Part shown: one piece after another, positions 1 through 8,293 of the stretch
How the letters are laid out: every line of letters begins with the position of its first letter
Position numbering within the stretch: position 1 is the first letter of the stretch
DNA from: an uncultured Pseudomonadales bacterium
GTDB lineage: Bacteria > Pseudomonadota > Gammaproteobacteria > Pseudomonadales > UBA7239
Length of the DNA stretch: 64,000 nt
Assembly: GCA_964403125.1 (NCBI GenBank)
Contig: CAYOEO010000001.1
Coordinates: forward strand, 1,384 to 65,383
Direction of reading: 5' to 3'
Program-made: the position numbers and the translations under genes
Notes under the pieces: model-generated
What the model was told of the DNA's origin: nothing
The model's database searches: none
What the model saw: the letters and a program-made list of their open reading frames with translations, nothing else

Positions 1-437
1 TTCGCATATTTTTTTGATGGAATTGCGGATTGATGGGATAACAGGTAAGTATTACGATATGACGTATCAAAATTATACTTGACCGGTATGTCGTTCAAGC
101 TCGTAACTTGTACAGATTGAGTCAAGCCTCCACCTATGTTGTAGATCTTTGTTGTGCTACCAATGAGTGTTTTTTTTCCGTCCTTGTCCTTGTCTTTGGC
201 TTCAACTTTTTCTTGTATGGTTATTAAGTGAAAAGGCAATGGATTATTGCTTGGTAGGCTTTGCAGTATTTTTGGCGGAAGGTTTGTTGCGTTAAAATTT
301 TTCCTTAAATAGTCATCTCTGTTAGCGTTGATTTCTGAAATTAACTTTGGCGCAGATTGTGATGCACAGCCGGAAATGGCTACAATAATTAGGGTAAGTA
401 TTGCTTTTTTGCTTTTGATAGTATTTAACTGTGGCAT
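1..437 (-). CDS. putative lipoprotein, partial (C-terminus lies beyond window start)
   Basis: Hand translation of the minus strand from the ATG at 437-435 gives MPQLNTIKSKKAILTLIIVAISGCASQSAPK..., with a lipobox-like ISGC. The frame stays open to position 1, so it is absent from the ORF track (no stop in window). An AGAGGA Shine-Dalgarno lies just upstream. The gene is visibly AT-rich. Confidence 0.5.
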   Translation of the reverse strand, partial: MPQLNTIKSKKAILTLIIVAISGCASQSAPKLISEINANRDDYLRKNFNATNLPPKILQSLPSNNPLPFHLITIQEKVEAKDKDKDGKKTLIGSTTKIYNIGGGLTQSVQVTSLNDIPVKYNFDTSYRNTYLLSHQSAIPSKKYA

Positions 438-498
438 AATTTTTCCTCTTGTGTGATATGTGGTCTCTGTCTTTCTGTGACATATCATGTGGATATTT

Positions 499-2178
499 TT
501 AAAAAAATTCGCGCTGAATGTCTGTCAGCGGCGATGGTTTGTAGCTGCGCAAATGCAGCTCGAGGTTCAATGCAATTTCTTTGCGTAAATCAGATGGCAT
601 GACGATAGAAGAAATCGAGCCGAGTGACAGCGCTTCATTCGGGTTCATCAATTCGCGCTCATAGCGTTGTGCGAGCAGGGCTTCTTCTTGTTTGCCCCAT
701 GCGGCAGCGCTTTGTGGATCTTTCACTGCGCGCGTTTTGACTTCCGCACGAATTTTGCGTAATTCATCTTTGTAAACAAACTCGACACCAGCAGGGCCCA
801 TTACTGCGAGGCGAGTAGTTGGCAGCGCGATGACATGATCCGCACCTGTTGGGTAGTTGTTGTAAGAAGCGTAAGCGCCGCCAAAAGCGTTGCGAATAAT
901 GACGAGGAAACGCGGTGTGCGCAGATCAATGATTGCATCCAGCATCGCGCGACCGGCTTGCACAATGCCTCCAGTTTCTTGCTCGCGACCAGGCAAAAAG
1001 CCAGTGGTGTCTTCCATAAAAATAACGGGAATGTTGTACAGATTACAGAAGCGAATAAAGCGCGCGTTTTTGTAAGCAGCAGCAATATCAATCTGCCCTG
1101 ACGCGACAGCGGAGTTATTGGCGACAAAACCTGCCACATGACCGCCCACGCGACCAAACGCACAAATCGTGTTGCGTGCGCGTTCTGGTTGGATTTCAAA
1201 AAAGTCGCCGTGATCGCAAATTTGCTGAATCAAAATCGAAATATCAACGGGCGTGTTAAAGCCGCTCGGTGAGTTGAACGCTTTTTTCAGCAGGATGTCG
1301 ATATCCCAAGTTTTGCGATCAACCGGATCACTGGTGGCGCGAAACGGCGCCATACTCTCGTTGTTGGCGGGTAAGTAGTCGAGTAATTCGCGCACTAAAG
1401 TCAGCGCACCTGCTTCATCTTGCACGACAAAATCGGTGACACCCGATTGTGAATGCACGGCGGGGCCGCCGAGCTCATCGGGCGTGACATCTTCACCGAG
1501 CACGGATTTCACCACGCCAGGGCCAGTCAGACCGAAGAATGTTTCATTAGGTTGGATGACGAAGCTGCCTTGGCGCGGCAAGTAAGAGCCGCCACCCGCG
1601 TTGAAGCCGAACATGCACATTAAAGAAGGTACGCGACCGGAGATTTTGCGCAGTGCGGTGAAGGCCTCGGCATAGCCGTCCAAGCCGCCGACGCCAGCAG
1701 GTACATAAGCGCCGGCCGAATCGTTCATGCCCACCAAAGGAATGCCGAGCTTGCCTGCAAGGGTAAATAGGCGTGCAATTTTTTCGCCATTGGTGGCATC
1801 CATAGAGCCTGCGCGCACGGTGAAGTCGTGACCGTAAACGGCTACGTCGCGACCTTTGACTTTGATGATGGCGGTGACCAAGCTGGCACCGTCGAGGTTG
1901 GGCCCCCAGTTTTGGTACAGCACGTTGGGTTCGCTACCGTGGTCAGCCAGCACGCGAATGCGCTCCCATACCGTCATGCGCTTCTTCAAATGTTGGCGTT
2001 GAGTGTTGCTCACACCTGCGGCGAGTTTGGGGCGTTGGATTAAATCGTAGCCCGTTTTGAGTGTGGCTTCGTACAAACCCGGCTCGTAGTCGCACTGACC
2101 GGGGATTTTGAATGCGACTTCTTTGGCTTCAGCAAAGGGGTTTTTCAGGGAGGGCGAGACAGCAGGTGTTTTGCTCAT
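499..2178 (-). CDS. acyl-CoA carboxylase carboxyltransferase (beta) subunit, propionyl/methylcrotonyl-CoA carboxylase family
   Basis: 559-aa ORF with the two-lobed carboxyl transferase domain pattern ([42 protein letters not shown]). Substrate cannot be assigned from sequence alone. Confidence 0.85.
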   Translation of the reverse strand: MSKTPAVSPSLKNPFAEAKEVAFKIPGQCDYEPGLYEATLKTGYDLIQRPKLAAGVSNTQRQHLKKRMTVWERIRVLADHGSEPNVLYQNWGPNLDGASLVTAIIKVKGRDVAVYGHDFTVRAGSMDATNGEKIARLFTLAGKLGIPLVGMNDSAGAYVPAGVGGLDGYAEAFTALRKISGRVPSLMCMFGFNAGGGSYLPRQGSFVIQPNETFFGLTGPGVVKSVLGEDVTPDELGGPAVHSQSGVTDFVVQDEAGALTLVRELLDYLPANNESMAPFRATSDPVDRKTWDIDILLKKAFNSPSGFNTPVDISILIQQICDHGDFFEIQPERARNTICAFGRVGGHVAGFVANNSAVASGQIDIAAAYKNARFIRFCNLYNIPVIFMEDTTGFLPGREQETGGIVQAGRAMLDAIIDLRTPRFLVIIRNAFGGAYASYNNYPTGADHVIALPTTRLAVMGPAGVEFVYKDELRKIRAEVKTRAVKDPQSAAAWGKQEEALLAQRYERELMNPNEALSLGSISSIVMPSDLRKEIALNLELHLRSYKPSPLTDIQREFF

Positions 2179-2347
2179 AGGTAGCTCGGTGGATGGCTTG
2201 AAAAACGGAAAATAAAAGACGCGGAACGATACTTTTTTGAGGGTTCTTAGTCAACGAATTAGCGCGTTGTCATGCGATAACTGGCTGATTATTAAGGCGG
2301 GATTTTGTAGGGGTTTGATTGGGGGCTTCCATCATTTCACAAAATTT

Positions 2348-2356
2348 TGATAGGAT
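2348..2356 (+). promoter_or_regulatory. possible extended -10 element (TGaTAGGAT) upstream of the cNMP-binding gene
   Basis: TGATAGGAT lies 36 nt upstream of the ATG at 2392. No convincing -35 was seen. Confidence 0.3.
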
Positions 2357-2391
2357 AGCCTGACTTATTTAGTTGGAATAATAGGGCGCGC

Positions 2392-2847
2392 ATGGAAAAC
2401 GCCATCGAAACCTTTCTTGAAGACTCTTTTTTGTTTGCCGGTTTAAGCCGCGCAGATAGAGATATTGTCGAAGAGCATATGTATGAAACCCATCTCGACG
2501 CAGGCGAAGTGCTGTTTTCTGAAGGAGAACAAGGCGACTTCCTCTGCTATGTGGTCGAAGGCAGCCTGCAAATCACCAAGCAAAACCAAGCGGGTAAGGT
2601 CGTAGAACTGGCTGTTTTGAAGCAAGGGCAGCTCATCGGTGAGATGGCAATGATTGAGCACGCTCCGCGTTTTGCCACAGTCAAAGCTTTGAATGAAACC
2701 GTGCTGATGGTGCTGACGCGTAAGGGGTTTGAATTGTTATTGGCGCAACACCCCGATATTGGTGTGGTAATTTTGCGCAGCCTTGCCAAGATGATGAGCG
2801 TCAAGATTCGTGAATTATCAGAAGATTTTGTCGATCTGCTCAAATAA
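2392..2847 (+). CDS. stand-alone cyclic-nucleotide-binding (CAP/Crp effector) domain protein without a DNA-binding domain
   Basis: 151 aa. cNMP-binding beta-roll pattern (GEVLFSEGEQGDFLCYVVEGSL ... GQLIGEMAMI....RFATVKA). The protein ends right after the C-helix, so there is no HTH. Confidence 0.75.
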   Translation: MENAIETFLEDSFLFAGLSRADRDIVEEHMYETHLDAGEVLFSEGEQGDFLCYVVEGSLQITKQNQAGKVVELAVLKQGQLIGEMAMIEHAPRFATVKALNETVLMVLTRKGFELLLAQHPDIGVVILRSLAKMMSVKIRELSEDFVDLLK

Positions 2848-2898
2848 TTTTTTTTCAAATAAATTATTAAAACTAAAAAATAGAGGAAAGGTACCATC

Positions 2899-3636
2899 AT
2901 GGAAAGTCGTCGTTTGCGCTTTGCATTACCTTGTTCAGTTCTTGCATGCAGCATCAGCTTGTTATTCGGCTGCGCTTCTGTCTCTACTGAAAGTGGCTAT
3001 GTATTCGCGCCAGAAAATGCCATTGATAATCCCAACCGCCCCGATCCTTTTTGCGCGCAAGTGCGTCGCTATGAAGGTGCAACACCTGCGTATTTTGCAA
3101 AATACCAACCGCAAGATGATTTAACTGTGCGTTTGCAAATGTTGGAGCCGCGCAGACTCAATCATCACAGTGTTGGTCCTGGTGTGTTGGTGCCACTGCC
3201 AGTGATTCCTGATCCCGTGGGCAATAGCAGAGCGGCGCAATACCGCAGCGCACCAGAGGGGCAATTCAATACTGTGAAGTTGGCGGTTTATCCGCTGCCT
3301 TTTCGCACTGGCTACTTTTTTACGCCATCACAAATGTGGTTAGAAACAGGCGGCAAGGTTTTGCATCCGGTAAAAGTGTCGCGCCACTATTCGGTTAACC
3401 ATGAAAATCGTGAAAAAGTTTTAGATATTTCGCGTGAAAAATTGCCCGCCCAGAGCGGAGAGTTCAATGCTTATGTGCTGGAGTTTAATGTCAAAGGTGT
3501 CGCTGGCTCTTATATGAAATTGCATGTTTCCGGTTTTGATCGCGAAGGTGTTGTGGTGCCAGAGCAAGTATTCAAACTGAGCACCAATCAAGCGCGTGTT
3601 TTTGATTGGAAATACGACACAGATTGCAATATTTGA
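2899..3636 (+). CDS. hypothetical lipoprotein
   Basis: 245-aa ORF. Signal peptide with lipobox LLFGC. I recognise no family. Sits immediately upstream of flp. Confidence 0.55.
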   Translation: MESRRLRFALPCSVLACSISLLFGCASVSTESGYVFAPENAIDNPNRPDPFCAQVRRYEGATPAYFAKYQPQDDLTVRLQMLEPRRLNHHSVGPGVLVPLPVIPDPVGNSRAAQYRSAPEGQFNTVKLAVYPLPFRTGYFFTPSQMWLETGGKVLHPVKVSRHYSVNHENREKVLDISREKLPAQSGEFNAYVLEFNVKGVAGSYMKLHVSGFDREGVVVPEQVFKLSTNQARVFDWKYDTDCNI

Positions 3637-3707
3637 TTTTTTATCAGCAGGATTGGCGGCTTATTCTGTTTGATTCCTTTCCAAGTCGTAACAGCGTGGA
3701 GTGCGTT

Positions 3708-3980
3708 ATGAAAAACATTTCTGTAAAAGGTAAATTGAAACAGCTCGGTCAAGGTATGACGGAATACATCATCATCGTTGCCTTGATTGCGATTGCTGGT
3801 ATTGCTGCGTACAGCTATTTCGGTCAAACCATGCAGGGTGCTGTAGCAGATGTTTCTACCGAATTGTCTGGTCAGCAATCAAAAGACACAGCAAAAGTGG
3901 GTGCTGCTTCGGCTGAAAAAGAAGCTGGCGTAGTAAAAGGTATGGGTAACTTTGATGATACCCAGCAAGGTCAAAAATAA
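3708..3980 (+). CDS. flp: Flp family type IVb/IVc prepilin
   Basis: Internal ATG at 3708 of track ORF 3606..3980, preceded by GTGGAG. Sequence MKNISVKGKLKQLGQG|MTEYIIIVALIAIAGIAAY matches the Flp G/XXXXEY processing motif followed by a hydrophobic helix. 90-aa precursor. Confidence 0.85.
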   Translation: MKNISVKGKLKQLGQGMTEYIIIVALIAIAGIAAYSYFGQTMQGAVADVSTELSGQQSKDTAKVGAASAEKEAGVVKGMGNFDDTQQGQK

Positions 3981-3995
3981 TCGGCTGTTTTTGTA

Positions 3996-5816
3996 TTGCG
4001 ATTATCAGGGATGAAGCCGCGCTGGTTATGGCAATCGTGGCCCGCTGTTGCTTTGCAACAGCGCGGTCAGGCCATGCTACTGGTTTTATTGTTTCTCACG
4101 GTTTTGATGTTGTCGCTGTTGGTATTGTTCAATACATCGCAATTAACGCGCGACAAAATGGAAGTACAAAATGCCGCTGATTCTGTTGCCTACAGCGCAG
4201 CCTTGTTAGAGGCGCGCCATCTTAATTTTACCGCTTATACCAATCGCGCCATGATCGCCAATGAAGTGGCATTGGCACAAACCATTGGTCTTGCAACTTG
4301 GTTGATGAAATGGGGCGGAACCTTTATCAGCCTCGGCAATATTTTAAATCAGGCTTTAGCGCCTATACCGATTGTTGGACCAATTTTAGCGGCTGCTGTA
4401 AAAGCTGCTTTCACAGCATTCGGCAATGCAGTTGCTGAGTTTTCTAATTTGGTAGGGCAATTTGCGGGTATTTTTTCAAAATTAGTTGCTGGTTTGAATA
4501 CTTTTTATGGTTATTCACAGTTGGCATTTCGTTTCGGTACTTATGAAACGATGTTGAGCATCAGCGATAGTTTGGTACAAAAAAATGCCCCTGGTGCCAA
4601 GATGGGTACGGTGTCTGAGTTTGTGCAATACCTCAATATGTTTTTGTTTGAGCAGTACAACAAAAGCTGTAAACCGGCTGATGCGATGAGTAAATCAGCA
4701 ACGGCAGAAGATCGTGACACCAATCGCGCGTGTATGCGACAAATGGCAGCGGCCGTGAATGATTCGCGTGATTTATGGAGTAAAAACCGCTCCAACTATA
4801 AATTAGGTGCGCAAGAGGAAGTCAGTTGGAAAATTCCTTTGCTGGGAAAATTTGGCTTCCATTTTAAAATTGGTATGTTTCAAGAAGGTGGCACGACTTT
4901 GCGTTATATCGCAGGTACAGGGCCAACAGCCAATCGAGAGCATTTCAACTGGTCGTCCATGGATACCAACGAATTTAAGTTAGGTATTGGTGTGTGGTTG
5001 TTTGGTGCGCACATGGGATTTGAGTTGCCGATGCCCCTAGGTTGGGGAACCATGCAATTGGCACACACCGATAAAAAAGATAAAAAACAATACAAAATTA
5101 TGGATTTGCCGAAGGGCGGTACTAAGTTAGGTCTTGCCGGCTGGGAAGCCGCTTACGGCGATACTTGGGGCAACAATTTATTGTCGAGCATCATGGCTTC
5201 GCCTGGAAAAGCGTTTTATCCGTGGGGGCCTGGCAACACCACACAAGTGCAAAGTTACGGCGATTTAGCACCGTTTCATACGATTGATCCTGATTATCTC
5301 AACGCATCAGGTCAAAGTTGGCAATTTGATTGGCCCGGCACCATTCCGCCACCGTATGTGGTGTGGGTTTATATGCCAGAAAAAAATACACGCACTTCAG
5401 ACAACATGGGCACAGCAAGCCCCGCAGGAAATTTACATCTCGAAAATATGGAAGCAGGGCAATCCTCAGATGATGCGGTTTCTTTAGGGCCTTTTGGACA
5501 AAAGCCTGGCTTGCAAGCGATTTCCAGTGGCGAAATTTATTACAAGCGTACCGATGGTTTGGATGAAGAACCCAATGCGTTTAGCCCGTATTGGGGTGCG
5601 CGTTTAGCGCAAGTAGATAACATGGTGTTGATCTCTGCCATGTTCGCACAAGAACCCAAATTGGCATGGGCTTTTACCGGCATTCAACAAAGTTCGTTTG
5701 ATTTGGCGGGGCAGGTGGATAACGTCAAAAAATCGGTCACCGATGAAATGACAGACATGGACGGTTACGCCAAAGACATGGTGGAAAATGCCATCAAAGG
5801 AATTTTTGGTTTATGA
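3996..5816 (+). CDS. TadG-like pilus assembly protein (Tad N-terminal pseudopilin-like domain plus large unknown domain)
   Basis: 606 aa. N-terminus QQRGQAMLLVLLFLTVLMLSLLVLFNTSQLTRDKMEVQNAADSVAYSAA resembles the TadG/TadE-like N-terminal region. I saw no obvious vWA MIDAS motif. The start may be the ATG at 4011. Confidence 0.65.
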   Translation: MRLSGMKPRWLWQSWPAVALQQRGQAMLLVLLFLTVLMLSLLVLFNTSQLTRDKMEVQNAADSVAYSAALLEARHLNFTAYTNRAMIANEVALAQTIGLATWLMKWGGTFISLGNILNQALAPIPIVGPILAAAVKAAFTAFGNAVAEFSNLVGQFAGIFSKLVAGLNTFYGYSQLAFRFGTYETMLSISDSLVQKNAPGAKMGTVSEFVQYLNMFLFEQYNKSCKPADAMSKSATAEDRDTNRACMRQMAAAVNDSRDLWSKNRSNYKLGAQEEVSWKIPLLGKFGFHFKIGMFQEGGTTLRYIAGTGPTANREHFNWSSMDTNEFKLGIGVWLFGAHMGFELPMPLGWGTMQLAHTDKKDKKQYKIMDLPKGGTKLGLAGWEAAYGDTWGNNLLSSIMASPGKAFYPWGPGNTTQVQSYGDLAPFHTIDPDYLNASGQSWQFDWPGTIPPPYVVWVYMPEKNTRTSDNMGTASPAGNLHLENMEAGQSSDDAVSLGPFGQKPGLQAISSGEIYYKRTDGLDEEPNAFSPYWGARLAQVDNMVLISAMFAQEPKLAWAFTGIQQSSFDLAGQVDNVKKSVTDEMTDMDGYAKDMVENAIKGIFGL

Positions 5817-6754
5817 ACCGTGTGAATCGCCAACGGCAACGCGGTCAAGCGATGACGGAATTCGCCATCGTCGCGGCGGCTGTTTTGGTTCCGCTATTTT
5901 TAATTTTGCCCGTGCTCACTAAATACGGCGAACTCAGCCAAACATCAGTAGAAATGGCGCGCTATGTGGCGTGGGAGCGCAGCGTTTGGCATGAGCCGGA
6001 TAAAATTCCCGCTGGTGTGGAGATTGTCGGTGGCAGCACATTTCCAGCAAAAACATCCAGCGTGATTGCTAACGAAGCGAAATTGCGCATGTTGGAAGCG
6101 CCAGACGCGCCTATCTTGTCGGAATCGGGTGCTGTGTTGAATGATTCCTCTTTGAATCCTTTTTTGTTTGATTATCAAGGTAAGCCATTAGTTGATGTAG
6201 GTGGTGTGCAAGTCAACGTCGATAAATTAAAAGAAACGCCAGGAATTGGTTACGAGGTATTGCGTTTCTTTACTAAAACTTTGCAACCTGTTTATAAATT
6301 ATTCAGTTGGTTGGGGAGTAAGCACAGTAATTTCTCACCGAATTTAGATGGTTATTTTGAAAGTGATGATCACATTGTCGCTATTCCGCTGAATAACATT
6401 TCTTATGCTGTGCCGGAAAATCAGAAAAAAACGGGTCTTGAAACAATACAAACTGTTCACTTAGCGATGTATGCAGATTCTGCCCTATTAGTGGATTCTT
6501 GGAGTGCGCAAGGTCCCGCTATGTTCAAAACACAAACGGGCGGTTTGGTGCCAAGTTCGTTCCTTAATAACGATGTGCTTAACACCATGCGTCGTGTGTT
6601 GTCTATCGCTTTATTCGAGCCAAAGTTAAAGCAACCAGCACCGGGAAGTTCCGACGGCTGGGATATGGGAGGCTACAACACAGACCCGTTCAATATCGGC
6701 GTGGATGAAGCCGATATTTGCGATAAAAATGGCGTGTGTTCGTTCAATGAATAA
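5813..6754 (+). CDS. TadE-like pseudopilin
   Basis: 313 aa. RQRGQA|MTEFAIVAAAVLVPLFL matches the G/XXXEF pseudopilin leader. Its ATGA start overlaps the upstream stop, indicating translational coupling. Confidence 0.75.
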   Translation: MNRVNRQRQRGQAMTEFAIVAAAVLVPLFLILPVLTKYGELSQTSVEMARYVAWERSVWHEPDKIPAGVEIVGGSTFPAKTSSVIANEAKLRMLEAPDAPILSESGAVLNDSSLNPFLFDYQGKPLVDVGGVQVNVDKLKETPGIGYEVLRFFTKTLQPVYKLFSWLGSKHSNFSPNLDGYFESDDHIVAIPLNNISYAVPENQKKTGLETIQTVHLAMYADSALLVDSWSAQGPAMFKTQTGGLVPSSFLNNDVLNTMRRVLSIALFEPKLKQPAPGSSDGWDMGGYNTDPFNIGVDEADICDKNGVCSFNE

Positions 6755-7439
6755 GCGCTGGCTGACACTTTGCATTTTCTTACTTTTTCCTGCGTGGGCG
6801 CAGGCGTGGCCATCGTTTGAGCGTCCCGATTATGTAGAAACTGATTGGACAGCCAACGACATGGTGTATAACGGCGTTCGTATGTATATCGAAAATATTC
6901 ACTGTGATTGCCAGTATGAAAAAATTCTCAATTACTACCGCAAGCATTGGGCAGAAGGTGAGATAGACGACAAAGGCTTTGTTGAAAATGATTTGGGTGA
7001 ACTGAAACAAATCAGTCGCGGTGATGAAAAATATTTCTTCTCTGTGCAAGTCAAAGCAGATCCTAATGATGCAGAAAAATCCGTCGGGCGTTTAGTTATT
7101 ACAGAGTTGCCGGGCAATCGCACTGCTAAAGTAGAGTTGGGTGCAGGCGTGCCCATGATGGGAAGCTCGGAAGTGGTGTCAGACATCAGTGATTCCATGC
7201 CGGGAAAACGCGCGCGCACAGTTGTACTTCTGAATGAAAAAAGCATCGTCGATAACATGGATTTTTATCGCATGCACTATGAAAATGCTGGCTGGAATTC
7301 TTTTTTAACGCCAGTGGATCCTTCCGTAGGATCGCAGGCACTGTCTTACAGAAAAGACGGTGTGGATATCAATATTGCCATTCATGAACAGGCGGGTATT
7401 TCTGTCGTCTTGTTTAACGAAGTGAAATCGGTGTTCTGA
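6747..7439 (+). CDS. secreted hypothetical protein embedded in the Tad locus
   Basis: Internal ATG of track ORF 6705..7439. MNKRWLTLCIFLLFPAWAQA|WP looks like a Sec signal peptide. The start overlaps the tadE-like stop by 8 nt. No family recognised. Confidence 0.5.
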   Translation: MNKRWLTLCIFLLFPAWAQAWPSFERPDYVETDWTANDMVYNGVRMYIENIHCDCQYEKILNYYRKHWAEGEIDDKGFVENDLGELKQISRGDEKYFFSVQVKADPNDAEKSVGRLVITELPGNRTAKVELGAGVPMMGSSEVVSDISDSMPGKRARTVVLLNEKSIVDNMDFYRMHYENAGWNSFLTPVDPSVGSQALSYRKDGVDINIAIHEQAGISVVLFNEVKSVF

Positions 7440-8264
7440 GTGCAATATATGAATGACTTCACTTCAAAAATAGCAGGGAGAAAGCAACAACTGGGGCAAT
7501 CCAGTATGGAATATATCGTAGTGACATCGGCGATTGTCTTTGCTTTGATGCAACCGATTTCACCGCCAGGATCTTTGCAATGCCCTGCTTCCTCTATACG
7601 CACTGATTGGTCAAAACACGAAAACAAATGCAGTGTGATGGAAATATTGGGGCAAGTATTGCGCAATCGTTATGAAGGTTATTCCTTTGCGATTTCTGCA
7701 TCGGAATATCCCAACTTTTTAGTGAATTTTAATAACGGCGGCAATGGCAGTACGGGTGGTGGAACAGGCGGTAACGGTGGCGGCAATGGCGGTTCTGGCG
7801 GTGGTTCAGATGATGGTGGTTCAACCTATACGCCACCAACTGGCACAGAAGCACTCGGTTTGGATGGGAAAACAGTTATCGGCACGGTATTAGCTGGCAA
7901 TGTTTACGACGATCAAGGCAATTTAATTGGCACGATAGATAGCAACGGCAATGTGATTGATAACGATGGCAACAAAATTGGTACGTATCCCGCTGCGGGT
8001 GGCGGTATGAGCAATTTCGTTGCAGTCGATAAAGATGGAAAAGTATTAGGCAAAGTAGATAAAGACGGCTTTGTTGTTGATGAAGATGGCAACATTGTGG
8101 GCAAACGCGATGGCGATGATGTTTTGCAAACCGATGTGTTGGGTAATGTGATATTGGATCAAAACAACAAACCAACCGTTATCGGAAAAGTTGGCAAGGT
8201 TGCGGGTAATGGCGACATTGTTGATGGTGGCGGTAATGTAATCGGCAAAATCGTTTTGGAATAA
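7440..8264 (+). CDS. Flp-leader pilin-like protein with poly-Gly/Asn linker and C-terminal D/G/N/V-rich repeats
   Basis: 274 aa, starting at GTG 7440 or ATG 7449. N-terminus KQQLGQS|SMEYIVVTSAIVFAL is Flp/pseudopilin-like. aa 98-127 read GGNGSTGGGTGGNGGGNGGSGGG. aa 139-274 hold about 8 units such as GNVYDDQGNLIGTI and VVDEDGNIVGK. Confidence 0.65.
   Translation: MQYMNDFTSKIAGRKQQLGQSSMEYIVVTSAIVFALMQPISPPGSLQCPASSIRTDWSKHENKCSVMEILGQVLRNRYEGYSFAISASEYPNFLVNFNNGGNGSTGGGTGGNGGGNGGSGGGSDDGGSTYTPPTGTEALGLDGKTVIGTVLAGNVYDDQGNLIGTIDSNGNVIDNDGNKIGTYPAAGGGMSNFVAVDKDGKVLGKVDKDGFVVDEDGNIVGKRDGDDVLQTDVLGNVILDQNNKPTVIGKVGKVAGNGDIVDGGGNVIGKIVLE
7854..8261 (+). repeat. coding tandem repeats (about 8 units, consensus roughly x-V-x-D-x-x-G-N-V-I-G-K-V)
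   Basis: Read directly from the translated ORF 7440..8264. The same unit type occurs in the cpaB extension. Confidence 0.75.
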
Positions 8265-8293
8265 TTTTGGTAAGTCTCTCCTAGAGGAAAGGT

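Noticed and set aside
7876-8175. Minus-strand ORFs (99 aa, 63 aa, 84 aa) over the repeat part of the pilin-like gene
   Set aside because: Same repeat-shadow effect. The plus-strand frame has a pilin-type leader and sits in the coupled operon.
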